DNA of 64,000 nt from Macrostomum lignano. Lineage: Eukaryota. Below the pieces are notes generated by a model. That model saw only the letters and a list, made by a program, of their open reading frames with translations. It did no database searches and was not told the origin of the DNA. The position numbers and the translations under genes were made by a program. Below are positions 39,530 to 52,118 of the stretch, piece after piece. Every line of letters starts with the position of its first letter. The first letter of the stretch is position 1. Where the stretch lies: assembly GCA_002269645.1 (NCBI GenBank), contig NIVC01002728.1, positions 1 to 64,000 on the forward strand, written 5' to 3'.

Positions 39530-40005
39530 TGCGCGCTTATCAATCTGCGCGCTTTTTGAAGCCCGCTTATCAAACTGCGCGCTTGTCACAGCCTGTTCTT
39601 ATCAATCTGCGCGCTTGTATCAGTGCGCTCTTATCAAACTTCGCGCTTATCAAACTGCGCGCTTGTCTCAGTGCGCTCTTATCAAACTTCGCTCTTATCA
39701 AACTGCGCGCTTGTCTCAGCGCGCTCTTATCAAACTGCGCGCTTATCAAACTGCGCGTTTGTCTCAGTGTGCGCTTATCAATCTGCGCGCTTTTTGCAGC
39801 TCGCTTATTAAACTGCGCGCTTGTGTCAGTGCACGCTTATCAAACTGCGCGCTTGTCTCAGTGCGCGCTTATCAAACTGCGCGCTTGTCTCAGTGCGCTC
39901 TTATCAAACTGCGCGCTTGTCTCAGTGCGCTCTTATCAAACTGCGCGCTTATCAAATTGTGCGTTTGTCTCAGTGCGCGCTTATCAAGCTGCGCGCTTAA
40001 AGCGG
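39530..40005. repeat. CpG-rich minisatellite of two 16-bp monomers (ttatcaaactgcgcgc / ttgtctcagtgcgctc)
   Basis: Direct reading. Confidence 0.9.
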
Positions 40006-40286
40006 TAAGCGCCTAAAGCACTGTCCGTACTAGATTTAAAATGCGCGCAAATGCTATGCGCGCTTAACCAGCTGCATCCCAACTGTTAGTGCAGTCGCCC
40101 TTGCAGCCTGATAACCAGAATTTTTCCAACCGAAAAACTTCCGCATGCTTGTCTGGCCTTGCTAATCTTTTAATCGCTTTGTTATACAATAAGCTCGTGT
40201 ATGCATATCCCTTTCGCGGGGTATGATTTATGCCCCGAACAGAATGCGATACGAATCGAAATTGGACAGAGCTAGTTAAGCTTATG

Positions 40287-40293
40287 AAGTGCA

Positions 40294-40324
<31 letters not shown>

Positions 40325-40327
40325 GTT

Positions 40328-40365
<38 letters not shown>
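40287..40365. repeat. (CT)n dinucleotide microsatellite
   Basis: Direct reading. Confidence 0.95.
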
Positions 40366-40369
<4 letters not shown>

Positions 40370-40619
40370 GCACTAGCATAACCTACAACGGGTCATCCAT
40401 TGATTTTTTTCGCTAACTATTATGAGCTGCCTGTGCTCAGGCCGATGTTGTGTGAGCGGTTGAGCAAAGTTTTACTTGACGTCTTGCGGGGTGATTCTGG
40501 GGGTCAGGGGGAGCTCCCTGCTCTGTTGCTGGGGGGCATCTGCCTGACATCCATCTGGTTCGGTATGATTTATCACTTCTGGTTTCTCCGCTCCTTAGGC
40601 TCCCAGCTGCTCTGCCACT

Positions 40620-41945
40620 CTCTCCCCTACATCTCTCTAATATCTCCTCTACATCTCTCTCCTCTCTCCCCTACATCTCTCTCTCCTCTCTCCCCTACAT
40701 CTCTCTCTCCTCTCTCCCCTACATCTCTCTCTCCTCTCTCCTCTACATCTCTCTCCTCTCTCCTCTACATCTCTCTCCTCTCTCCTCAACATCTCTCTCC
40801 TCTCTCCCCAACATCTCTCTCCTCTCTCCCCTACATCTCTCTCTCCTCTCTACACTAGATCTCTTTCCTCTCTCTGTCTTAGATCTCTCTCCTCTCTGCC
40901 CTAGATCTCTCTCCTCTCTGCCCTAGATCTCTCTCCTCTCTGCCCTAGATCTCTCTCCTCTCTACACTAGATCTCTCTCCTCTCCCCACTAGATCTCTCT
41001 CCTCTCTCCATACTAGATCTCTCTCCTCTCTACACTAGATCTCTCTCCTCTCTACACTAGATCTCTCTCCTCTCCCCACTAGATCTCTCTCCTCTCTCCA
41101 TACTAGATCTCTCTCCTCTCCTCACTAGATCTCTCTCCTCTCCCCACTAGATCTCTCTCCTCTCCCCACTAGATCTCTCTCCTCTCCCCACTAGATCTCT
41201 CTCCTCTCCCCACTAGATCTCTCTCCTCTCTACACTAGATCTCTCTCCTCTCCCCACTAGATCTCTCTCCTCTCCCCACTAGATCTCTCTCCTCTCCCCA
41301 CTAGATCTCTCTCCTCTCTGCCCTAGATCTCTCTCCTCTCTACACTAGATCTCTCTCCTCTCCCCACTAGATCTCTCACCTCTCCCCACTAGATCTCTCT
41401 CCTCTCCCCACTAGATCTCTCTCCTCTCTGCCCTAGATCTCTCTCCTCTCTACACTAGATCTCTCTCCTCTCCCCACTAGATCTCTCTCCTCTCCCCACT
41501 AGATCTCTCTCCTCTCTCCATACTAGATCTCTCTCCTCTCCTCACTAGATCTCTCTCCTCTCCCCACTAGATCTCTCTCCTCTCCCCACTAGATCTCTCT
41601 CCTCTCCCCACTAGATCTCTCTCCTCTCTCCATACTAGATCTCTCTCCTCTCCTCACTAGATCTCTCTCCTCTCCCCACTAGATCTCTCTCCTCTCTCCC
41701 CACTAGATCTCTCTCCTCTCCCCACTTAGATCTAGTGTAGAGAGTAGAAAGATCTAGTGTAGAGAGTAGAAAGATCTAGTGTAGAGAGGAGAGAGATCTA
41801 GTGTAGAGAGGAGAGAGATCTCGTGTAGATAGGAGAGAGATCTAGTGTAGAGAGGAGAGAGATCTAGTGTAGAGAGGAGAGAGATCTAAGGGAGAGGGAA
41901 CAGAGAAGGGAGAGGAAACAGAGAAGGGAGAGGGAAGAGAGATCG
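40620..41945. repeat. 22-24 bp AGATCT minisatellite with an internal orientation switch at ~41730
   Basis: ctagatctctctcctctcccca units up to ~41726, then reverse-complement units agtgtagagaggagagagatct. Confidence 0.93.
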
Positions 41946-42034
41946 GGCGATGGCTTTTGGAATTCCAAACCAGCATCAATGATATGTCTGTTGTTAAACA
42001 AAAGACAAAATCTTACGCATGTATAAACAAGTAC

Positions 42035-42040
42035 TTTATT
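42035..42040 (-). terminator. Candidate polyadenylation signal (AATAAA) for the LHFPL-family gene
   Basis: tttatt on the plus strand, ~950 nt past the stop codon; position only. Confidence 0.3.
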
Positions 42041-42471
42041 CAAAGCTGATATACAATACACAGTAGCTCAGGACTGGTGCTGATCAATGAGAATTTTTTT
42101 AATGAAAATTTAAAGCACAAAATTTGATGCTACATATAAAAACTCGATTAATGAATCCCACTGTCTAGCCTGAAGTTCATGCCAGTATTTACAAAATTGA
42201 GTTGAAATATGAGTTGCAATATTCGCATCATAAATCATTCAGGGTCAGATGAGATTGCCAGAAAAATATCCTTTTCTGGGAAAAAATTTAGGAAGCTATT
42301 TCCGATCAGGCAATACGCTTGTAATTTTAGCCATATCTGTCACTGACAATGCCAACCGACACAAACGTTACATTTTACAGACAGCATCAATGATTAAAAT
42401 ATAAAAGTTCTTGAGCATACAAGTTTAGAGAAAATTGTGCAACAAAAAAGCTTAATATTATGTAGAATTCT

Positions 42472-42930
42472 AAAATAAAGTGGCACCCCACTACAATAAA
42501 GTGGCACCCATCTACAATAAAGTGGCACCCCTCTACAATAAAGTGGCACCCAATACAATAAAGTGGCACCCCATCTACAATAAAGTGGCACCCCTCAACA
42601 ATAAAGTGGCACCCGTCTACAATAAAGTGGCACCCAATACAATAAAGTGGCACCCCATCTACAATTAAGTGGCACCCCATCTACAATAAAGTGGCACCCC
42701 ATCTACAATAAAGTGGCACCCCTCTACAATAAAGTGGCACCCCATCTAAAATAAAGTGGCACCCCTCTACAATAAAGTGGCACCCCTCTACAATAAAGTG
42801 GCACCCCTCTACAATAAAGTGGCACCCCTCTACAATAAAGTGGCACCCATTTACAATAAAGTGGCACCCATCTACAATAAAATGGCGCCCCTCTACAATA
42901 CAATGGCAGCCCTCTACAATACAATGGCCC
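42472..42930. repeat. 21-bp minisatellite (aataaagtggcacccctctac)
   Basis: Direct reading; explains the NKVAPLY and GCHFIV ORFs. Confidence 0.95.
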
Positions 42931-42992
42931 CTAATACCACAACGAGTTACATGACGAAGCTGATCTGCAGTCCAATTAAACAGCAATCAAAT

Positions 42993-43552
42993 TCACAGAT
43001 GCGCTACAGGAGCTCCGGTCACTGAGTGCGAGTGCGAGTGCGAGTGCGAGTGCGAGTGCGAGTGCGAGTTCGATGACTGCTGATGCGAGTGCAGCTGCGA
43101 CTGAGAGTGCGAGTGCGAGGACAGCGGAGACCAGTTGTTATTGTTGTTGCTGTGCTTGTTGCCGAATGTGCCTCGACCGCGAGGCGCCGCCGGCACTGCC
43201 GAGGACGCGGCTCCTGGAGGCTGCTTGTTCGACGTTGACACAATGGACGGTCGGTGAGAGATTCGTTCCACTGATCTCTCCGTGTCTGAGTAGAACCCGC
43301 TGGTCGGGCTGCCCTCGCCCGCCGAGCTATCGGCAAGTTGAAGGCAGACGTGGATGTCGTAGAGGCTGGCCAGGATGGGGCAGAACAGAGCCAGGGAGGT
43401 CACCATGGCAGCCAGCAGGTAGCTCCAGCCCAGCTCGCAGATGCCAGTGCGAAACACGCCGCTGGGTGCAGATTGGCGATGGCAGAAGTGCCGAACTACC
43501 GGAGATCCGAAGCCGACAGGATACGTGAGCAGGCCGCCGATGCAGAGCAGCA
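42993..43552 (-). CDS. LHFPL: LHFPL-family tetraspan protein, exon 2 (TM3, loop, TM4, long C-tail)
   Basis: Acceptor cag at 43553-43555 (phase 1). LLCIGGLLTYPVGFGSP...C...CELGWSYLLA matches the LHFPL YPxGW..C..C.LGW signature. Stop TGA at 42993-42995. Confidence 0.88.
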
Positions 43553-43699
43553 CTGGGTGGATGGGATTGTGGGTTAGTGTTAGACTGTTTGGCGTTTGTC
43601 CTTGTTGTGGTCATTTATAGCGTCAAGGTTTAAAAACAAACAGGGTAGATAAAGGTCTAGGAGAATGATGATTTAGGCTGATTGTGAAAAAGGAATAGA

Positions 43700-44601
43700 G
43701 ATCTAGGGGAGAAAGGAGAGATTTAAGGGAGAGAGAATAGAGATCTAAGGGAGAGATGAGAGAGATCTGAGGGAGAGATGAGAAAGATCTATGGGAGAGA
43801 GGAGAGAGATCTAAGGGAGAGAGGAGAGAGATCTAAGGGAGAGATGACAGAGATCTAGGGAGAGAGGAGAGAGATCCAAGGGAGAGAGGAGAGAGATCCA
43901 AGGGAGAGAGGAGAGAGATCCAAGGGAGAGAGGAGAGAGATCCAAGGGAGAGAGGAGAGAGATCCAAGGGAGAGAGGAGAGAGATCTGAGGGAGAGATGA
44001 GAAAGATCTATGGGAGAGAGGAGAGAGATCTAAGGGAGAGAGGGAGAGATCTAAGGGAGAGATGACAGAGATCTAGGGAGAGAGGAGAGAGATCCAAGGG
44101 AGAGAGGAGAGAGATCCAAGGGAGAGAGGAGAGAGATCCAAGGGAGAGAGGAGAGAGATCTGAGGGAGAGATGAGAAAGATCTATGGGAGAGAGGAGAGA
44201 GATCTAAGGGAGAGAGGAGAGAGATCTAAGGGAGAGATGACAGAGATCTAGGGAGAGAGGAGAGAGATCCAAGGGAGAGAGGAGAGAGATCCAAGGGAGA
44301 GAGGAGAGAGATCTAAGGGAGAGATGAGAGAGATCTAAGGGAGAGATGAGAGAGATCTAATGGAGAGAGGAGAGAGATCTAAGGGAGAGAGGAGAGAGAT
44401 CTAAGGGAGAGATGACAGAGATCTAGGGAGAGAGGAGAGAGATCCAAGGGAGAGATGAGAGTGATCCAAGGGAGAGATAAGAGAGATCTAAGGGAGAGAG
44501 GAGAGAGATCTAAGGCAGAGATGAGAGAGATCTAAGGGAGAAAGGAGAGACATCTAGGGAAGAGCATATGAACTTCTAAGGGTAGAGAGGCGAGAGATCT
44601 A

Positions 44602-44665
<64 letters not shown>
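43700..44665. repeat. 22-bp purine-rich AGATCT/AGATCC minisatellite followed by (GA)n
   Basis: Direct reading; (GA)n at about 44604-44665. Confidence 0.92.
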
Positions 44666-44668
<3 letters not shown>

Positions 44669-45580
44669 AATCTTGGGAAGATGAGGCATTAGAGTTTAGA
44701 CAGCCAAGTTCCATAGCTGAAAATATCCCAACCATCTAACCAGAATGCCAAGCCAACTGACTGAAACTTGCAAGCAGACGGCACTTCAAATTCAAGGAGT
44801 CTCTTTACTGCGCACTGATGATTTTATTCCCAATACAAATTTTAGTCCCAATTCACTTCTGCAACATTTACTGTATCTAAAAAAGCGCAATATAAACGCA
44901 GAAAACTTTGAAAAGAAACTCGAGAAAAAAAGATTTAGAAATATTTTCCCCGCTATTCGAGATGAGCACATGTTCGCCCATGGCATGCGGACCTTAGAGC
45001 CGGCTAATCTGGCAATTTAGCCAACCCCAAATATCTTGTCAATCACTCGATGCAAGGCAGCACCGAGTATGCATTTTCGTGTTGGATTTTCTATAGATAA
45101 CCAGCTACCCTATAGGCTGATGTTCAGTTATGGAATGGGCAAAATCGATTTATCAAATGGTGTAATTCCCACCGCCACCCGGGCAGCCAGCAGCTCAAGC
45201 CTCATCTCTGTCCACTCTGGGAATTCCGCATGCTTCATCCATGTCGATATGAAAAATCCAACAAGCGGATTTTGGGACACAAAAAGCTAAGAAATTTGCT
45301 GTTAAACCCATGAAAATATCAGAAACACTGATTGGGAACTGTTGCGTCATAGGGCCTTGGGGCTATGCGATACGCAAATCAAGTTTAGTCTTAGTGACTT
45401 TGCTAAGCTTACCAAACTTTGGGAGATAAACGAGGCTCTCGGAGGGTCAAGTGGAAGTCAAACAGTGGGTTCAGTGTCCGGGATGTGTGGCTTCAATAGA
45501 GATATGATCTATGACTGCTGTCTCAGAAAATATCAGTAACAAATTGATGTTAGTGGATCTGGAGTTTCTGATACGTTACT

Positions 45581-48500
45581 TGGGATCTAGGATCTGGGAT
45601 CTAAGGTCTTGGATCTAGGATCTGGGATCTAGGATCTGGGATCTAGGATCTGGGATCTAGGATCTGGGATCTAGGATCTGGGATCTAGGATCTGGGATCT
45701 AGGATCTGGGATCTAGGATCTGGGATCTAGGATCTGGGATCTAGGATCTGGGATCTAGGATCTGGGATCTAGGATCTGGGATCTAGGATCTGGGATCTAG
45801 GATCTGGGATCTAGGATCTGGGATCTAGGATCTGGGATCTAGGATCTGGGATCTAGGATCTGGGATCTAGGATCTGGGATCTAGGATCTGGGATCTAGGA
45901 TCTGGGATCTAGGATCTGGGATCTAGGATCTGGGATCTAGGATCTGGGATCTAGGATCTGGGATCTAGGATCTGGGATCTAGGATCTGGGATCTAGGATC
46001 TGGGATCTAGGATCTGGGATCTAGGATCTGGGATCTAGGATCTGGGATCTAGGATCTGGGATCTAGGATCTGGGATCTAGGATCTGGGATCTAGGATCTG
46101 GGATCTAGGATCTGGGATCTAGGATCTGGGATCTAGGATCTGGGATCTAGGATCTGGGATCTAGGATCTGGGATCTAGGATCTGGGATCTAGGATCTGGG
46201 ATCTAGGATCTGGGATCTAGGATCTGGGATCTAGGATCTGGGATCTAGGATCTGGGATCTAGGATCTGGGATCTAGGATCTGGGATCTAGGATCTGGGAT
46301 CTAGGATCTGGGATCTAGGATCTGGGATCTAGGATCTGGGATCTAGGATCTGGGATCTAGGATCTGGGATCTAGGATCTGGGATCTAGGATCTGGGATCT
46401 AGGATCTGGGATCTAGGATCTGGGATCTAGGATCTGGGATCTAGGATCTGGGATCTAGGATCTGGGATCTAGGATCTGGGATCTAGGATCTGGGATCTAG
46501 GATCTGGGATCTAGGATCTGGGATCTAGGATCTGGGATCTAGGATCTGGGATCTAGGATCTGGGATCTAGGATCTGGGATCTAGGATCTGGGATCTAGGA
46601 TCTGGGATCTAGGATCTGGGATCTAGGATCTGGGATCTAGGATCTGGGATCTAGGATCTGGGATCTAGGATCTGGGATCTAGGATCTGGGATCTAGGATC
46701 TGGGATCTAGGATCTGGGATCTAGGATCTGGGATCTAGGATCTGGGATCTAGGATCTGGGATCTAGGATCTGGGATCTAGGATCTGGGATCTAGGATCTG
46801 GGATCTAGGATCTGGGATCTAGGATCTGGGATCTAGGATCTGGGATCTAGGATCTGGGATCTAGGATCTGGGATCTAGATCTGGGATCTAGGATCTGGGA
46901 TCTAGGATCTGGGATCTAGATCTGGGATCTAGGATCTGGGATCTAGGATCTGGGATCTAGGATCTGGGATCTAGGATCTGGGATCTAGGATCTGGGATCT
47001 AGGATCTGGGATCTAGGATCTGGGATCTAGGATCTGGGATCTAGGATCTGGGATCTAGGATCTGGGATCTAGGATCTGGGATCTAGGATCTGGGATCTAG
47101 GATCTGGGATCTAGGATCTGGGATCTAGGATCTGGGATCTAGGATCTGGGATCTAGGATCTGGGATCTAGGATCTGGGATCTAGGATCTGGGATCTAGGA
47201 TCTGGGATCTAGGATCTGGGATCTAGGATCTGGGATCTAGGATCTGGGATCTAGGATCTGGGATCTAGGATCTGGGATCTAGGATCTGGGATCTAGGATC
47301 TGGGATCTAGGATCTGGGATCTAGGATCTGGGATCTAGGATCTGGGATCTAGGATCTGGGATCTAGGATCTGGGATCTAGGATCTGGGATCTAGGATCTG
47401 GGATCTAGGATCTGGGATCTAGGATCTGGGATCTAGGATCTGGGATCTAGGATCTGGGATCTAGGATCTGGGATCTAGGATCTGGGATCTAGGATCTGGG
47501 ATCTAGGATCTGGGATCTAGGATCTGGGATCTAGGATCTGGGATCTAGGATCTGGGATCTAGGATCTGGGATCTAGGATCTGGGATCTAGGATCTGGGAT
47601 CTAGGATCTGGGATCTAGGATCTGGGATCTAGGATCTGGGATCTAGGATCTGGGATCTAGGATCTGGGATCTAGGATCTGGGATCTAGGATCTGGGATCT
47701 AGGATCTGGGATCTAGGATCTGGGATCTAGGATCTGGGATCTAGGATCTGGGATCTAGGATCTGGGATCTAGGATCTGGGATCTAGGATCTGGGATCTAG
47801 GATCTGGGATCTAGGATCTGGGATCTAGGATCTGGGATCTAGGATCTGGGATCTAGGATCTGGGATCTAGGATCTGGGATCTAGGATCTGGGATCTAGGA
47901 TCTGGGATCTAGGATCTGGGATCTAGGATCTGGGATCTAGGATCTGGGATCTAGGATCTGGGATCTAGGATCTGGGATCTAGGATCTGGGATCTAGGATC
48001 TGGGATCTAGGATCTGGGATCTAGGATCTGGGATCTAGGATCTGGGATCTAGGATCTGGGATCTAGGATCTGGGATCTAGGATCTGGGATCTAGGATCTG
48101 GGATCTAGGATCTGGGATCTAGGATCTGGGATCTAGGATCTGGGATCTAGGATCTGGGATCTAGGATCTGGGATCTAGGATCTGGGATCTAGGATCTGGG
48201 ATCTAGGATCTGGGATCTAGGATCTGGGATCTAGGATCTGGGATCTAGGATCTGGGATCTAGGATCTGGGATCTAGGATCTGGGATCTAGGATCTGGGAT
48301 CTAGGATCTGGGATCTAGGATCTGGGATCTAGGATCTGGGATCTAGGATCTGGGATCTAGGATCTGGGATCTAGGATCTGGGATCTAGGATCTGGGATCT
48401 AGGATCTGGGATCTAGGATCTGGGATCTAGGATCTGGGATCTAGGATCTGGGATCTAGGATCTGGGATCTAGGATCTGGGATCTAGGATCTGGGATCTAG

Positions 48501-49742
48501 GATCTGGGATCTAGGATCTGGGATCTAGGATCTGGGATCTAGGATCTGGGATCTAGGATCTGGGATCTAGGATCTGGGATCTAGGATCTGGGATCTAGGA
48601 TCTGGGATCTAGGATCTGGGATCTAGGATCTGGGATCTAGGATCTGGGATCTAGGATCTGGGATCTAGGATCTGGGATCTAGGATCTGGGATCTAGGATC
48701 TGGGATCTAGGATCTGGGATCTAGGATCTGGGATCTAGGATCTGGGATCTAGGATCTGGGATCTAGGATCTGGGATCTAGGATCTGGGATCTAGGATCTG
48801 GGATCTAGGATCTGGGATCTAGGATCTGGGATCTAGGATCTGGGATCTAGGATCTGGGATCTAGGATCTGGGATCTAGGATCTGGGATCTAGGATCTGGG
48901 ATCTAGGATCTGGGATCTAGGATCTGGGATCTAGGATCTGGGATCTAGGATCTGGGATCTAGGATCTGGGATCTAGGATCTGGGATCTAGGATCTGGGAT
49001 CTAGGATCTGGGATCTAGGATCTGGGATCTAGGATCTGGGATCTAGGATCTGGGATCTAGGATCTGGGATCTAGGATCTGGGATCTAGGATCTGGGATCT
49101 AGGATCTGGGATCTAGGATCTGGGATCTAGGATCTGGGATCTAGGATCTGGGATCTAGGATCTGGGATCTAGGATCTGGGATCTAGGATCTGGGATCTAG
49201 GATCTGGGATCTAGGATCTGGGATCTAGGATCTGGGATCTAGGATCTGGGATCTAGGATCTGGGATCTAGGATCTGGGATCTAGGATCTGGGATCTAGGA
49301 TCTGGGATCTAGGATCTGGGATCTAGGATCTGGGATCTAGGATCTGGGATCTAGGATCTGGGATCTAGGATCTGGGATCTAGGATCTGGGATCTAGGATC
49401 TGGGATCTAGGATCTGGGATCTAGGATCTGGGATCTAGGATCTGGGATCTAGGATCTGGGATCTAGGATCTGGGATCTAGGATCTGGGATCTAGGATCTG
49501 GGATCTAGGATCTGGGATCTAGGATCTGGGATCTAGGATCTGGGATCTAGGATCTGGGATCTAGGATCTGGGATCTAGGATCTGGGATCTAGGATCTGGG
49601 ATCTAGGATCTGGGATCTAGGATCTGGGATCTAGGATCTGGGATCTAGGATCTGGGATCTAGGATCTGGGATCTAGGATCTGGGATCTAGGATCTGGGAT
49701 CTAGGATCTGGGATCTAGGATCTAGGATCTAGGATCTAGGAC
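45581..49742. repeat. 14-bp tandem array (GGATCTAGGATCTG)n, ~295 copies, in the LHFPL intron
   Basis: Direct reading; only two single-base deletions seen inside (about 46878 and 46919). Confidence 0.99.
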
Positions 49743-50221
49743 TCTTTTAATGACTAAACCAAGGTCCAGACTAGGCTACTAATATAGGTTTGCAGTCCAT
49801 GAACGAGTTACAATATTACGTGGAATAGAAACTATAGTTAAAGAATCTCAGATTCAGACTTAAAAGACTTATTTGGAGGCAAAAACTCAGTTATAGAAGT
49901 ACATAAAAATGACGCTTGCAGACGTGTAGCGAAGGCGAGTTCGAATATTTTGAGAGAAAACCACCTAGGTCAAGAGTGTGTGTTCGTCTACAGCCCAGCT
50001 AAATGAAATATTCGGTAAATTTGCTGTACACTATTCGTACCAACTTGGCTATTGTTTCATATTGGACACACAACATACACAGACCTGAAAACTTGTTTGC
50101 ATTGGCAATAGTGGCTCAGTGAAGACCGCTAGTAGAAAGCACTTAGCAACTAAATTATAAGTAAAAATGTATTCTTTGGATACGAGCTGTTTGACTATTT
50201 CTTGGCTTCTATTCATATTTT

Positions 50222-50752
50222 GGCTCTGGCTGAGGTGTGGGGGGCACTGGCTGGGGTGTAGGGGGCACTGACTGAAGTGTAGGGGGCACTGACTGAAGTG
50301 CAGGGGGCACTGACTGAAGTGTAGGGGGCACTGGTTGAGTGTAGGGGGCACTGACTGAAGTGTAGGGGGCACTGACTGAAGTGTAGGGGGCACTGACTGA
50401 AGTGCAGGGGGCACTGACTGAAGTGCAGGGGGCACTGACTGAAGTGTAGGGGCACTGGTTGAGTGTAGGGGGCACTGGCTGAAGTGTAGGGGGCACTGGC
50501 TGAGGTGTAGGGGGCACTGGGTGAAGTGTAGGGGGCACTGGCTGAGGTGTAGGGGGCACTGGCTGATGTGTAGGGGCACTGGTTGAGTGTAGGGGGCACT
50601 GACTGAAGTGTAGAGGGCACTGGTTGAGGTGTAGGGGGCACTGGCTGAGGTGTAGGGGGCACTGGCTGAGGTGTAGGGGCACTGGCTGAGGTGTAGGGGG
50701 CACTGGTTGAGGTGTAGGGGGCACTGGCTGAGGTGTAGGGGGCACTGGTTGA
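50222..50752. repeat. 21-bp G-rich minisatellite (ctggctgaggtgtagggggca)
   Basis: Direct reading; explains the TSASAPY/PQPVPPT ORFs. Confidence 0.95.
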
Positions 50753-51574
50753 AGCGAAAGGGGAAACCGCAGTCCCTAGATGCCCAACAAAAACACCTGT
50801 GGTTCCCAGCGCCACAGCAGGCAGCCGGGCCGTACACAGCACCACCAGCCCAAAATATTGTTTTACAATTTTTCAGTTCACCTTCCGTGGCTTCATTTCA
50901 GGATAACAGACACCACCAAAATTACGCGTAGACAGTGCTAAACGGCTTGAAGGCAAGCAGCTGACTTGTGACTAAAAAGGCCAGAACAGCAAGAATTTAT
51001 TGTCGAGCCATTTCCGAACAGACAAAGACCGGAGTGACTGAATGTTCCGAGGCAAAATTTAAGAGGCAGGTAGATGAGCGATGGAGGAGGGAAGAGAGGC
51101 GTCACGCTCTAATGGCTCGTCCCCCCCGCGGTAAGGAATTATAACAAGCAATCTTATGCAGGTAAACAGCCCCATCAATATTCTTTCCTTTCGCAAGCAA
51201 ATCCCCCTTTTTACCTGCGATAGCCCCATGGTCTTGAAAACATTTCAGAATTTGTCAATTATCCGCGGCGAACAAAGCAATCTGACATTTCTGGCTTTGA
51301 TGACAACATTTTTGTTTAGAAAAAAATTGTGGCAGCTGAGTCATCCCCATTGCGAGCCGATTTGTTGCATTTTTCTTTTAAAAGCAAAGACAGTTAAAAG
51401 ATTAGCTTTCGTTTCTTCGCAATTTATGCATGTGCTGAAGTGTTATAAAAGTTATAGGGAAGAGCATAAGAAGAAGGAACTCTTCCTTCAATAAGGAAGA
51501 AGGAACCCTCAGCCATATGAAGAAGGAACTTGAATAAGGCATCTTAAGAAGTCCAAATGCCAGAATAGGGAGCC

Positions 51575-52118
51575 TGAAGATGAAGACAGAAGATGAAGAC
51601 AGAAGATGAAGCAGAAGAAGCCAGAAGAAGAAGCTAGAAGAAAAAGCCACAAGATGAAGCCAGAAGAAGAAGCCACAAGAAGAAGCCACAAGATGAAACC
51701 ATAAGATGAAGCCACAAGAAGCCAGAAGAAGAAGCCAGAAGAAGAAGCCAGAAGAAGAAGCCACAAGAAGAAGCCACAAGAAGAAGCCACAAGATGAAGC
51801 CACAAGATGAAGCCACAAGATGAAGCCACAAGATGAAGCCACAAGAAGCCACAAGAAGAAGCCACAAGAAGAAGCCACAAGAAGAAGCCACAAGAAGAAG
51901 CCACAAGATGAAGCTAGAAGAAGAAGCCAGAAGAAGAAGCCAAAAGAAGAAGCCACAAGAAGAAGCCACAAGAAGAAGCCACAAGAAGAAGCCACAAGAA
52001 GAAGCCACAAGATGAAGCCACAAGAAGAAGCCACAAGATGAAGCCACAAGAAGAAGCCACAAGATGAAGCCAGAAGAAGAAGCCACAAGAAGAAGCCACA
52101 AGAAGAAGCCACAAGATG
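51575..52118. repeat. ~13-bp purine-rich minisatellite (gccacaagaagaa)
   Basis: Direct reading. Confidence 0.92.

Noticed and set aside
45581-49742. 14-mer array as a telomere
   Set aside because: It is internal to an intron with unique flanks on both sides and is unrelated to TTAGGG.
50940-51140. Possible CR1-type LINE 3' end (FKRQVDERW)
   Set aside because: The similarity is a few residues with stops nearby, too weak to call.
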